A DNA stretch of 64,000 nt from Betaproteobacteria bacterium. Lineage in GTDB: Bacteria > Pseudomonadota > Gammaproteobacteria > Burkholderiales > Usitatibacteraceae. Positions 28,226 through 37,748 of the stretch are shown here, one piece after another (within the stretch, counting starts at the first letter, position 1; each line of letters opens with the position of its first letter). Both the position numbers and the translations under genes were made by a program. The notes under the pieces are model-generated. The model was not told where the DNA came from. It did no database searches and saw only the letters and a program-made list of their open reading frames with translations. The stretch lies in the NCBI GenBank assembly GCA_016790765.1, contig JAEUMZ010000149.1:39245-103244 (forward strand). Reading direction: 5' to 3'.

Positions 28226-30196
28226 TCAACCCTGTAGCAAACGCATTTCCGCCGTGCCCAGGGCCTCGGGCGTGCCGGCCAACACCAGTACGTCGCCCGC
28301 TTCAAGGCGCAGGCTGTCCGGGGTCTCGGTGTGGCGCCGTCCCTGGCGCCGCAGGGCCGTGAGCCGCACGCCGAGGTCTTCCAGGCCGAGGGCGCCCAGG
28401 GTCTTGCCGATCGAGGCCGCGCTGTCCTCCAGCGCGATCGACATCAGGCGCGGCATGTTCACGTCCGCTTCATCCAGGTCGGTGGCCCCGGAAAAATACG
28501 CCGGCATGAAGGTGTACTGCTCGCTGCGCACTTGGCGCAGGCGAATGAGCGCCTGCTTCAACGGCACGCCGATCCTCAGCATCGTTTGCGTTCCCAGCAT
28601 CAGCGATCCTTCGACCACCTCGGCAACGATTTCCGCCGCGCCCGCCGACTTGAGTTTTTCGACGTCCGAATCGTCGAACGTGCGCACGATCACCGGAACC
28701 TCCGGATTGACCGCCTTCACGTGCGCGAGGATCGCCAGCGCGGCGCGCGTGTCGGCAAAGCTCACCACCACGGCCGAGGCGCGCGGCAACCCTGCGGCGA
28801 TCAGCACCTCGCGCTTGGCGGCGTCGCCGTAAAGCACCGAATCGCCCGCTGCGGCTGCCTGCTTGACGCGCATCGGGTCGCCGTCGAGCGCGATGAGCGA
28901 GATCTTTTCCTTCTCCAGGAAGCGCGCCAGGCTCTGGCCGGAACGGCCATAACCGCAGATGATGACGTGGCGGCGCTTGGTCATGGCGTTGATGGACAGT
29001 TGCTGCAACTGCACCGCGCGCGATTCCCACTCGGTCGCGATCAGGCGCAGCACGATCCTCTCGCTGTGCATCAAGATCAGCGGCGCCACCAGCATGGACA
29101 GCAGCATGGCGGCCAGCACCGCCTGGATCGCCGGCGCCGGGGCCGCGCCGTGTACGCCGGCCAGCGACAGCAGCACGAACCCGAACTCGCCGGCTGGCGC
29201 CAGCGCCAGCGCACAGCGCAGTGCCACCGCGCGCTCGTTTTTCAGGGCCAGGCCGATGAGCAAGATCAACAGGAACTTCAGCGCGATCAGTGCAAAGAAC
29301 ACCAGCAGCACGATGGGCCAGCGCTCGGCCAGCGTGCGCCAGTCGAGCAGCATGCCGATGGTGACGAAGAACAGACCGAGCAGCACGTCGCGAAATGGCT
29401 TGATGTCGTCCTCGACCTGGTAGCGGTACTCGGTCTCGGAGATCAACAGGCCGGCCAGGAACGCGCCGAGGGCGAGCGACAGGCCCGCCGCCTCGGTGGC
29501 CCACGCGAGGCCCAGCGTCACCAACAGCACGGTGAGCACGAACAATTCCGAAGACTTCTGCGCCGCGACCAGGTGAAACAGCGGGCGCATGATGCGCTGG
29601 CCCAGCATCAGGATCACCACCAATGCCGCTGTGGCCTTGATGAGCGCTGCGCCGATGGCCCCGGCGATGGCGTCCGCCGGCAGGGCCAGCGCCGGCACCA
29701 GCACCAGCAGCGGAATCACCGCCATGTCCTGGAACAGCAACACGCCCATGATCTGCTTGCCATGTGGGGAATGCAGCTGCGTCTGCTCGGCAAGGAACTT
29801 CGACACGATGGCCGTGGAGGACATCGCCAGCACGCCGCCCAGGACCAAGCCGGTCTGCCAGGTCAGCCCCGCGGACCAGGCCACCAGCATCACCGCCGCG
29901 ATCGCGGTCAACACCTGCAGGCCGCCGAAGCCGATCACGATGCGGCGCATCGCCACCAGCTGCGGCAGCGAGAACTCGAGGCCGATGGAAAACATCAGGA
30001 ACACCACGCCGAATTCGGCCAGGTAACGCGTGCCAGGCGTGTCGGGCACGAAGCCGAGCGCATGCGGACCGATGAGCACGCCGACGATGAGGTAGCCCAG
30101 GATCGGCGGCAGTTTGAGGCGGCGGAACAGCACCACCGTAACCACCGCCGTGGCCAGCAGGATGACGACGAGCTTGAGGGTGGCGTGTTCGGTCAA
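28226..30196 (-). CDS. CPA2-family monovalent cation:proton antiporter with C-terminal RCK/TrkA domains (YbaL/KefB-like)
   Basis: About 12 TM helices, then the Rossmann motif IICGYGRSGQSLARFL and a TrkA-C-like tail. The track start at 30286 would overlap the divergent kdsD, so the TTG at 30196 is chosen. The start is uncertain. Confidence 0.85.
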   Translation of the reverse strand: MTEHATLKLVVILLATAVVTVVLFRRLKLPPILGYLIVGVLIGPHALGFVPDTPGTRYLAEFGVVFLMFSIGLEFSLPQLVAMRRIVIGFGGLQVLTAIAAVMLVAWSAGLTWQTGLVLGGVLAMSSTAIVSKFLAEQTQLHSPHGKQIMGVLLFQDMAVIPLLVLVPALALPADAIAGAIGAALIKATAALVVILMLGQRIMRPLFHLVAAQKSSELFVLTVLLVTLGLAWATEAAGLSLALGAFLAGLLISETEYRYQVEDDIKPFRDVLLGLFFVTIGMLLDWRTLAERWPIVLLVFFALIALKFLLILLIGLALKNERAVALRCALALAPAGEFGFVLLSLAGVHGAAPAPAIQAVLAAMLLSMLVAPLILMHSERIVLRLIATEWESRAVQLQQLSINAMTKRRHVIICGYGRSGQSLARFLEKEKISLIALDGDPMRVKQAAAAGDSVLYGDAAKREVLIAAGLPRASAVVVSFADTRAALAILAHVKAVNPEVPVIVRTFDDSDVEKLKSAGAAEIVAEVVEGSLMLGTQTMLRIGVPLKQALIRLRQVRSEQYTFMPAYFSGATDLDEADVNMPRLMSIALEDSAASIGKTLGALGLEDLGVRLTALRRQGRRHTETPDSLRLEAGDVLVLAGTPEALGTAEMRLLQG

Positions 30197-30279
30197 TTCA
30201 GGGGCTCGGGACGGGAATGGGGGCTCGGGACAACCTGAATGCAGCGACTTTGCATGCCCTGCAAGGCTAGAATGCCGCC

Positions 30280-31296
30280 ATGCCAAGTGTATTACAGCCG
30301 CGCGCCCTCACCGATACCGTTCGCACGCTCGATCTGGCGCGCGAGACGCTGGCCATCGAAGCCGACGCCGTGCGCGCGCTGATGGACAAGCTCGGCGATG
30401 CGTTCCTTGCGGCGCACCGCCTGATGTTCGAAGTGACCGAAAAGAAGGGCCGCGTGGTGGTGACGGGCATGGGCAAGAGCGGCCACATCGGCGGCAAGAT
30501 TGCCTCGACCCTCGCTTCGACCGGCACGCCGGCGTTCTTCATGCACCCGGGCGAAGCCAGCCACGGCGACCTGGGCATGATCACCGCGGACGACGTGGTG
30601 ATCGCGATCTCCAACTCCGGCGAATCCGACGAGATCGTCAAGATCCTGCCGCAGCTGAAACGGCGCGGCACACCCATCATCGCCATGACCGGGCGCGCCG
30701 AATCTACGCTCGCGAAGGCGGCCACGGTGTTCCTCGACGTGGCGGTGGAAAAAGAGGCCTGCCCGCTGAATCTCGCACCGACCGCCAGCACCACGGCCAC
30801 GCTGGCGCTGGGCGACGCGCTGGCGGTGGCGCTGCTCGACGCGCGCGGCTTCGGCGAGGAAGACTACGCGATGCACCACCCGGGCGGGTCGTTGGGCCGG
30901 CGCCTGCTCATGCACGTGTCCGATGTGATGGTGTCGGGAGACCGCCTGCCGCGCGTGACCGACGACGCGCCGCTCGCGGCGGCGATCATGGAAATGTCGA
31001 AAAAGGGCCTGGGCATGACGGCGGTGGTGGACGCCCGCGGAAAGCTGGCCGGCGTGTTCACCGACGGGGATTTGCGCCGCACCCTCGAAACCCACGACAA
31101 CCTGCGCGATGTGCGCGTGGCCGACGTCATGAACCGCACGCCCAAGTCCATCGCGCCCGGCAAGCTCGCCGTGGAGGCCGCCGAAATGATCGAGCGTCAC
31201 AAGATCGGCGGCAGCGGACTCCTGGTGGTCGACGCGCAGGGTGAGCTGGTCGGCGCCGTGCACGTGCTCGAGCTGATGCGCGCGGGGGTCCTTTGA
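30280..31296 (+). CDS. kdsD: arabinose-5-phosphate isomerase (SIS + tandem CBS)
   Basis: GRVVVTGMGKSGHIGGKIASTLASTGTPAFFMHPGEASHGDLGM plus C-terminal CBS pairs. Confidence 0.93.
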   Translation: MPSVLQPRALTDTVRTLDLARETLAIEADAVRALMDKLGDAFLAAHRLMFEVTEKKGRVVVTGMGKSGHIGGKIASTLASTGTPAFFMHPGEASHGDLGMITADDVVIAISNSGESDEIVKILPQLKRRGTPIIAMTGRAESTLAKAATVFLDVAVEKEACPLNLAPTASTTATLALGDALAVALLDARGFGEEDYAMHHPGGSLGRRLLMHVSDVMVSGDRLPRVTDDAPLAAAIMEMSKKGLGMTAVVDARGKLAGVFTDGDLRRTLETHDNLRDVRVADVMNRTPKSIAPGKLAVEAAEMIERHKIGGSGLLVVDAQGELVGAVHVLELMRAGVL

Positions 31297-31871
31297 CCAT
31301 CGACCCACCCACGCTGGACCCGGCCACCCTGCTGCCCGCCGGCGTGACCGGCAACATCCTTGCGCGCGCGGCGGACACCGAGCTCGCGGTGTTCGATGTC
31401 GATGGCGTGCTGACCGACGGATCGCTGCACTATGGACCGGGCGGCGAGGAGACCAAGGTGTTCAACACGCTCGACGGCCACGGCATCAAGATGCTGCAGG
31501 CCGCGGGTGTCATCGTGGCGATCATTTCCGGGCGTGAATCGAAGGCGCTGGGCAAGCGCGCCGGCGACCTGGGCATCCACCACGTGTTCATGGGCGTGGC
31601 GGACAAGGGGGTGAAGTTCCAGACCCTGCTCGACGACGTCGGCCTTGCGGCGGAGCGTTGCGCCGGTATCGGCGACGACGTGGTGGATCTGCCGTTCCTG
31701 TCGCGCTGCGGATTCGCGGTGGCGGTGCCGGAGGCGCCGGCCTACCTCAAGGCACAGGTGCATTACGTGACGCAGGCGCGCGCCGGGCGCGGCGCCGCGC
31801 GCGAGTTCTGCGACATCCTCCTGCACGCCAAGGGCAAGCTCGCGCAGTTGGTGGCAGGCTATTCGGCGTGA
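31293..31871 (+). CDS. kdsC: 3-deoxy-D-manno-octulosonate 8-phosphate phosphatase
   Basis: HAD motif VFDVDGVLTDG...GDDVVDLP. Follows kdsD with a 4-nt overlap. TTG start. Confidence 0.88.
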   Translation: MTIDPPTLDPATLLPAGVTGNILARAADTELAVFDVDGVLTDGSLHYGPGGEETKVFNTLDGHGIKMLQAAGVIVAIISGRESKALGKRAGDLGIHHVFMGVADKGVKFQTLLDDVGLAAERCAGIGDDVVDLPFLSRCGFAVAVPEAPAYLKAQVHYVTQARAGRGAAREFCDILLHAKGKLAQLVAGYSA

Positions 31872-32299
31872 CCTACCTCGTCCTCAAGTCGCTGCACATC
31901 GTGTTCATGGTGGCCTGGTACGCGGGACTGTTTTACTTGCCGCGCCTGTTCGTGTACCACGCGATGGAAACCAACGCCGACACCATCGCGCGTTTCAAGA
32001 CCATGGAGCGAAAGCTCTACTTCGGCATCATGATGCCGTCCATGGTGTTGACCGTGGTGCTGGGAAGCATCCTGTGGCTGGGTTATGGCGTGGGCCGCGG
32101 GCAAGCCTGGATGGGAGCCAAGCTCGCCTTGGTGGCCGTGCTGATCGGCCTGCATTTCTACCTGGGAAAGCTTCTCAAGGATTTCGCCGCCGACCGCAAC
32201 ACGCACGGGCACGTCTTTTATCGCTGGCTGAACGAAATCCCGGCCTTGCCCGTCTTGATCGGCGTGGTGCTGCTGGTGGTCATCAAGCCGTGGGGTTGA
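31868..32299 (+). CDS. hemJ: protoporphyrinogen IX oxidase HemJ (UPF0093/CopD-like)
   Basis: GTG at 31868 overlaps the kdsC stop. LKSLHIVFMVAWYAGLFYLPRLFVYH... is the typical HemJ N-terminus. 4 TM helices, 143 aa. Confidence 0.8.
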   Translation: MTYLVLKSLHIVFMVAWYAGLFYLPRLFVYHAMETNADTIARFKTMERKLYFGIMMPSMVLTVVLGSILWLGYGVGRGQAWMGAKLALVAVLIGLHFYLGKLLKDFAADRNTHGHVFYRWLNEIPALPVLIGVVLLVVIKPWG

Positions 32300-32306
32300 A
32301 GGGGCG

Positions 32307-33470
32307 ATGAGCGAATCGTTCTTCGCCATGTGCCCGCTGGGCCTGTCGGAAGTGCTGGCCACCGAACTGGGCGCGCCCGCGATCGGCGCGACCGTCACCG
32401 CGAAAAGCCCGACCGGCGTGGCGTTCACCGGCTCGATGGAAACCGCGCTGCGCGCCAACCTGCATTCGCGCGTCGCCTCGCGCATCCTGTGGCGGGTTGC
32501 CGCGTTTCCCTACGCCAGCGAACACGACGTGTATGACGCCGCGCGCCTGCTTGCCTGGACGTCGTGGTTCGCGGTGTCGCGCACCATCAAGGTGGAGGTG
32601 AGCGCGAATCGCTCGCCGGTGAAGAGCCTCGATTTCACGGCGCTGAAGGTCAAGGATGCGGTGTGCGACACGTTCCGGGAGATCGTCGGCAGCCGTCCCA
32701 ACGTGGCGCGCCAGGAACCGGACGTGCGCATCCACCTGCACCTGGAGCCGAAGGAGGCCGCGCTCTACATCGACCTCACCGGCGAGCCGCTGTTCAAGCG
32801 CGGCCGGCGCGACCACACCGGTGCGGCCCCCTTGAAGAAGAATCTCGCGGCCGGCATCCTGATGCTCACCGGCTGGGACAAACAGGAGGCACTGCTGGAC
32901 CCGATGTGCGGCAGCGGCACCTTCCTGGTCGAGGCGGCGGAATTGGCGCTCGGCATCGCGCCGGGGCTGTCCGGGGGCAAGCCGCGATCCTTCAATGCCG
33001 AGAAGCTCGGCACCTTTGATGCCGCGCTGTGGAACCGGCTGCTCGACGAGGCGCGCGCCGCTGCGTCGCCTGCGCGCAATTTGCCGATCTACGGCTCGGA
33101 CCTGTTCGGCGATGCGTTGAAGAATGCGCGCGACAACCTCGCTGCCAACGGCCTGGCCGATTGCGTGTTCCTGAAGCAGGCCAACGTCCTCGAGATTTCC
33201 GCGCCGGCGCCGTCCGGCGTGTGGGTCACCAATCCGCCGTACGGCGACCGGCTGGGCGACGCCGAGGCGCTCAAGGCGCTGTACCCGAAGCTGGGCGACG
33301 TGCTGAAGCAGAAGTTCGCCGGCTGGCGCGCCTACTTCTTCACCGGCGACCTGGCGCTGGCCAAGACCATGCGCCTGGCGCCGAGCCGGAAGACGCCGCT
33401 GTTCAACGGCAAGATCGAGTGCCGGCTGCTCGAATACAAGATGGTGGCGGGGAGCAACCGCAAGGATTGA
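32307..33470 (+). CDS. THUMP-domain class I SAM-dependent RNA methyltransferase (COG0116, RlmL-N-like)
   Basis: 387 aa with a THUMP region, SAM motif DPMCGSGTFLVEAA and catalytic NPPYG. Confidence 0.85.
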   Translation: MSESFFAMCPLGLSEVLATELGAPAIGATVTAKSPTGVAFTGSMETALRANLHSRVASRILWRVAAFPYASEHDVYDAARLLAWTSWFAVSRTIKVEVSANRSPVKSLDFTALKVKDAVCDTFREIVGSRPNVARQEPDVRIHLHLEPKEAALYIDLTGEPLFKRGRRDHTGAAPLKKNLAAGILMLTGWDKQEALLDPMCGSGTFLVEAAELALGIAPGLSGGKPRSFNAEKLGTFDAALWNRLLDEARAAASPARNLPIYGSDLFGDALKNARDNLAANGLADCVFLKQANVLEISAPAPSGVWVTNPPYGDRLGDAEALKALYPKLGDVLKQKFAGWRAYFFTGDLALAKTMRLAPSRKTPLFNGKIECRLLEYKMVAGSNRKD

Positions 33471-33487
33471 CGCGCCGGCAGTGAGCG

Positions 33488-34258
33488 CTATTGGTGGATC
33501 ACCAACCGCCCACGGTTCTTGAACAGGAACTCCGGCGCGATGCCCATCATCGAGCGCACCGTGCGCGACAGGTGCGCGGAATCGGCGAACCCGGCGGACA
33601 GGGCCGCCGTGGTCAGCGAATGGCCCGCGATCGCCTCGTCGAGCGCTTTGCGCATCTTCCGCCACAACAGGTATCGCCGCACCGGCACGCCGATGGCGTC
33701 CTTGAACACGTGGGCGAAGCGCGAGGGCGAGAGGTGGACCGATTCAGCCAGGGCGTCGAGGCTGTCGTACTTCTCCGGCGCTTCACGCAGCTGGTGCACG
33801 GCTTGTGCGATGCGTGCATCGATCGCCGGAAGGGCCAGCCGTGCGCGAATGCTCACGCCGAACATCTCGGCCAGCAGGCGGTCGGCCTCGTCGAGCGTGG
33901 TGGCCGGGTCGCGCAGGCGGCCCGCAATCTCGACCTTCGACAGCGGACAGGCGAAGGTGCGCGGCGTGGCATCGAGCCGCGCCATCGCCGCCTGGTAGCT
34001 CGCGCTTTCGGGTTCCCAGAACAGCGCCGCAATGGCGTGGGCGGCAACCGCGGTGGCGTATTCGGTGCCGGAGGGAATGAACACGCCCGGCCCCTGCAGT
34101 CGCGTGCCGTCGCCCAGCGAGACTTGCATCTCGCCCTCGCAGGTGGACAGCCACACCGCGGCATGGTTGCGATGGAAGGTGGTGTCGATGCCCGGCCCGG
34201 CGTATAGGAACCGCTCGTCCCAGACGTACAAATGCAGGCTTTCGCCGTTGGAATTCAT
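33488..34258 (-). CDS. AraC-family transcriptional regulator
   Basis: 256 aa with an N-terminal cupin-like sensor and a C-terminal double HTH (SLDALAESVHLSPSRFAHVFK...AGFADSAHLSRTVRSMMGIAP). Confidence 0.9.
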   Translation of the reverse strand: MNSNGESLHLYVWDERFLYAGPGIDTTFHRNHAAVWLSTCEGEMQVSLGDGTRLQGPGVFIPSGTEYATAVAAHAIAALFWEPESASYQAAMARLDATPRTFACPLSKVEIAGRLRDPATTLDEADRLLAEMFGVSIRARLALPAIDARIAQAVHQLREAPEKYDSLDALAESVHLSPSRFAHVFKDAIGVPVRRYLLWRKMRKALDEAIAGHSLTTAALSAGFADSAHLSRTVRSMMGIAPEFLFKNRGRLVIHQ

Positions 34259-34267
34259 CGCGCAGCC

Positions 34268-34319
34268 GGTTTGTTCAACAGGTCAGCCAGTTTATTCAAG
34301 AACTCGGCAGGTTTCTTCA
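34268..34319 (+). promoter_or_regulatory. three direct repeats GTTTnTTCAA phased at exactly 21 bp (candidate AraC-family binding sites)
   Basis: GTTTGTTCAA at 34268, GTTTATTCAA at 34289 and GTTTCTTCAA at 34310. The last abuts TTGAAC, a -35-like hexamer. Confidence 0.45.
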
Positions 34320-34388
34320 ATTGAACCCGCGGCGGCGCGCCAATACTGGAGCCGTGCCCCTCCTCAATCGGCACCGAAAGGAAACACC

Positions 34389-34547
34389 ATGAACAAGATC
34401 ACCGAAACCCTCCGCAACGCCCTGACGTTCGAGCGCGCGCTTGGCATGGCCGCCGCGTTTGTGGTCACCGCCAGCGCTTTGGCCCTGGTCCACGCCTTCG
34501 TCGGCGCGGAATTCGCCGGGCAAGTCACCGTGCTGGTCGGGGCCTGA
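34389..34547 (+). CDS. 52-aa hypothetical small membrane protein
   Basis: AAAGGAAA SD-like sequence 4-5 nt before the ATG at 34389. MNKITETLRNALTFERALGMAAAFVVTASALALVHAFVGAEFAGQVTVLVGA, with one TM. Divergent from the AraC gene. Confidence 0.35.
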   Translation: MNKITETLRNALTFERALGMAAAFVVTASALALVHAFVGAEFAGQVTVLVGA

Positions 34548-34677
34548 GCCGGCCGAAGATCAGGCCATCCATGGCCAAAGTCCAGCAGCGGTGCGGCGAT
34601 TGGGCCTGAATTGGCCTGAACGCCGCGCCAGGCAATGACTTTGGTTTGCGCCGCCCGGGCGCGGAAGGGCGCGGGCC

Positions 34678-35817
34678 CTACTTGACGATTTCGAGGTGGT
34701 CCAGCCCGGCCGCGAGGTCCTTCTCTTTCGCGCCACGCCCTTCGAGCTTGATCTTGAGCCGCAGGTCGTTGAGCGAATCGGCGTTGCGCAACGCATCCTC
34801 GTAGGAGATGTGGTCGTTTTCGAACAGGTCGAACAGCGCCATGTCGAAGGTCTGCATGCCCAGTTCCTTGGAGCGCTTCATCACTTCCTTGATCTCGTGC
34901 ACCTCGCCCTTGAAGATCAGGTCCTGGATCAGCGGCGTGTTGAGCAGGATCTCGATGGCCGCCACGCGCCCCTTGCCCTCCTTCTTCGGGATCAGCCGCT
35001 GCGAGACGAACGCCTTCAGGTTGAGCGACAGGTCCATCAGCAGCTGCTGGCGCCGCTCCTCGGGGAAGAAGTTGATGATGCGGTCCAGCGCCTGGTTGGT
35101 GGAGTTGGCGTGCAGCGTGGACATGCACAGGTGGCCGGTTTCGGCGAAGGCGATGGCGAAGTCCATGGTCTCGCGGTCGCGGATTTCGCCGATCAGGATC
35201 ACGTCCGGCGCCTGGCGCAGCGTGTTCTTCAGTGCGGCGAACCAGTTGTCGGTGTCGACCCCCACCTCGCGCTGCGTGATCACGCAGTTCTTGTGGTCGT
35301 GCACGTACTCGACCGGGTCCTCGATGGTGATGATGTGGCCGTAGCTGTTCTCGTTGCGGTAACCGATCATCGCCGCCAGCGTGGTCGACTTGCCGGAACC
35401 GGTGCCGCCGACCAGGATCACCAGCCCGCGCTTGGTCATCGCCACGTCCTTCAACACCTCGGGCAGGTTCAGGTCCTCCATGCGCGGGATCTGCGTGGTG
35501 ATGGTGCGCAGCACCAGGCCGATGCGGCCCTGCTGCACGAACGCATTGACGCGAAAGCGGCCGATGCCCGAGGGCGCGATGGCGAAGTTGCATTCCTTGG
35601 TCGCCTCGAACTCGGCGGCCTGCTTGTCGGTCATGATCGAGCGGGCGATTTCACCGGTGTGGATCGGCGAGAGGCTGGTCTGCGACACCGGCGTCATCTT
35701 GCCGTCGACCTTCATGGCCGGCGGGAAGCCCGCGGTCAGGAACAGGTCCGAGGCCCGCTTGGCGAGCATCGCGCGCAGTAATTCGTGGACAAACTTGAGT
35801 GCCTGTTCGCGTTCCAT
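34678..35817 (-). CDS. pilU: type IV pilus retraction ATPase PilU
   Basis: The last 379 aa of track ORF 34678..36699, from the ATG at 35815-35817. Walker A GGTGSGKST, ILIGEIRD, and a PilU-type C-terminal extension. Directly downstream of pilT. Confidence 0.9.
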   Translation of the reverse strand: MEREQALKFVHELLRAMLAKRASDLFLTAGFPPAMKVDGKMTPVSQTSLSPIHTGEIARSIMTDKQAAEFEATKECNFAIAPSGIGRFRVNAFVQQGRIGLVLRTITTQIPRMEDLNLPEVLKDVAMTKRGLVILVGGTGSGKSTTLAAMIGYRNENSYGHIITIEDPVEYVHDHKNCVITQREVGVDTDNWFAALKNTLRQAPDVILIGEIRDRETMDFAIAFAETGHLCMSTLHANSTNQALDRIINFFPEERRQQLLMDLSLNLKAFVSQRLIPKKEGKGRVAAIEILLNTPLIQDLIFKGEVHEIKEVMKRSKELGMQTFDMALFDLFENDHISYEDALRNADSLNDLRLKIKLEGRGAKEKDLAAGLDHLEIVK

Positions 35818-35861
35818 GAGGGACTTTCCTGCGCGCCGACCGAACGGCGCGCAATGTGCAA

Positions 35862-36902
35862 TTAGTTGAACGAATCCTTGTTGGCCGCCTTGCCGCGCGC
35901 CTCGGCCACGGTGATCACGCTCCTGCGCACCAGGTCGGCCAGGTTCTGGTCGAGCGTCTGCATGCCGATCGCCTGCCCGGTCTGGATCGCCGAGTACATC
36001 TGCGCGATCTTGGCTTCGCGGATCAGGTTGCGGATCGCCGGCGTGCCGATCATGATTTCGTGCGCCGCCACGCGCCCGCTGCCGTCCTTGGTCTTGCACA
36101 AGGTCTGCGAGATCACCGCGCGCAGCGATTCGGACAGCATCGCGCGGATCATCTCCTTTTCCGCCGCCGGGAACACGTCGATGATGCGGTCCACGGTTTT
36201 CGCCGCCGACGAGGTGTGCAGGGTGCCGAATACCAGGTGCCCGGTTTCGGCGGCGGTCATCGCCAGGCGGATCGTCTCCAGGTCGCGCATTTCGCCCACC
36301 AGGATGATGTCCGGGTCCTCGCGCAGCGCGGACTTCAGGGCGTTGGCGAACGACAGCGTGTGCGGCCCCACCTCGCGCTGGTTGATCAGGCACTTCTTCG
36401 ACTCGTGCACGAATTCGATCGGGTCTTCCACCGTGAGGATGTGGCCGTACTCGTTCTCGTTGACGTGGTTGATCATCCCCGCCAGCGTGGTGGACTTGCC
36501 CGAGCCGGTCGGGCCCGTCACCAGCACCAGGCCGCGCGGCTGGTTGGAGATTTCGGCGAAGATCTTCGGCGCATTCAGGTCTTCGAGCGAGAGGATCTTC
36601 GACGGGATGGTGCGCATCACCGCGCCGGCGCCGCGCTGGTGGTTGAACGCATTGACGCGGAAGCGCGCCAGGTTGGGAATCTCGAACGAGAAGTCGCATT
36701 CGAGGTTTTCCTCGTAATGCTTGCGCTGCCCGTCGTTCATGATGTCGTACACCATGCCGTGCACGTCGTCGTGGGACAGCGAGGGCACGTTGATGCGGCG
36801 CACGTCGCCGTGCACGCGGATCATCGGGGGCAGGCCGGCGGAGAGGTGCAGGTCGGAGGCCTTGTTCTTGACACCAAAGGCCAGGAGTTCGGCGATTTCC
36901 AT
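35862..36902 (-). CDS. pilT: type IV pilus twitching motility ATPase PilT
   Basis: 346 aa MEIAELLAFGVKNKASDLHLSAGLPPMIRVHGD...GPTGSGKSTT...AIRNLIREAK (AIRNLIRE motif). Confidence 0.95.
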   Translation of the reverse strand: MEIAELLAFGVKNKASDLHLSAGLPPMIRVHGDVRRINVPSLSHDDVHGMVYDIMNDGQRKHYEENLECDFSFEIPNLARFRVNAFNHQRGAGAVMRTIPSKILSLEDLNAPKIFAEISNQPRGLVLVTGPTGSGKSTTLAGMINHVNENEYGHILTVEDPIEFVHESKKCLINQREVGPHTLSFANALKSALREDPDIILVGEMRDLETIRLAMTAAETGHLVFGTLHTSSAAKTVDRIIDVFPAAEKEMIRAMLSESLRAVISQTLCKTKDGSGRVAAHEIMIGTPAIRNLIREAKIAQMYSAIQTGQAIGMQTLDQNLADLVRRSVITVAEARGKAANKDSFN

Positions 36903-37028
36903 TTATACTTTTCCTCGCGGTTTGGGGCTCGGGTCTGAGGCCAGATTGCGGCGGGCGAATCTGGCAGATTCCCCTCTGAAAACCTGCGTTCCCGACCAGG
37001 GGCTGCGCCCATGACAGGCCGATCGATT

Positions 37029-37748
37029 ATGTCCCCAATCAGAGCGAACTTGCAACAAGCGCGCCATGCCATCGATGCCGCCATTGCGGGATGCGCAGCG
37101 CCGCACCGGCACGGCGTGACGCTGGTCGCGGTGTCGAAGTCGCAGCCGCCCGCCGCGGTGCGCGCCGCGTTCGACGCCGGGCAGCGGCGCTTCGCGGAGA
37201 ACTATGCGCAGGAAGGCGTGGCCAAGATCGCAGCGCTGGCGGACCTCGCGCAACAGGGCCTCGAATGGCACTTCATCGGTCCCCTGCAGAGCAACAAGGC
37301 CGGGCTGGTGGCAACCCATTTCGATTGGGTGCAAAGCGTGGACCGGCTGAAGATCGCGCAAGCACTGTCGGCGCGGCGCCGCGGCGCGCCGCTCAACGTG
37401 CTTATCGAAGTGAACATCAGCGGCGAGGCGTCCAAGGCCGGCGTGGCGCCCGGCGAGGCGCTGGCGCTCGCCGCGCAGGTCGCGCGGCTGCCCCAGCTGC
37501 GGGTGCGGGGGCTGATGGCGATCATCGAGAACGTGGCCGATGAGGCCGGGCAACGCCGGCAGTTCGCCGCCCTGCGCCAATTGTACGAACAAGGATGCGC
37601 ACAGGGGATGGCCTTCGATACCCTGTCGATGGGCATGTCCGGCGATTTTCGCGTCGCCATTGAGGAAGGGGCGACCCTGGTGCGCCTGGGCACCGCGATC
37701 TTCGGTGCGCGCGCGCCCAAACCAACGCGCACCGCGGAGGCGGCATGA
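37029..37748 (+). CDS. yggS: PLP-binding protein YggS (COG0325)
   Basis: VTLVAVSKSQP (PLP-Lys), WHFIGPLQSNK, and SMGMSGDF near the C-terminus. Conserved pilT-yggS-proC-yggT neighbourhood. Confidence 0.9.
   Translation: MSPIRANLQQARHAIDAAIAGCAAPHRHGVTLVAVSKSQPPAAVRAAFDAGQRRFAENYAQEGVAKIAALADLAQQGLEWHFIGPLQSNKAGLVATHFDWVQSVDRLKIAQALSARRRGAPLNVLIEVNISGEASKAGVAPGEALALAAQVARLPQLRVRGLMAIIENVADEAGQRRQFAALRQLYEQGCAQGMAFDTLSMGMSGDFRVAIEEGATLVRLGTAIFGARAPKPTRTAEAA

Noticed and set aside
34548-34677. Possible terminator or sRNA downstream of pilU (GCGCCGCCCGGGCGCGGAAGGGCGCGGGCCC)
   Set aside because: The GC-rich segments are mostly direct rather than inverted repeats. I could not draw a convincing hairpin or U-tract.
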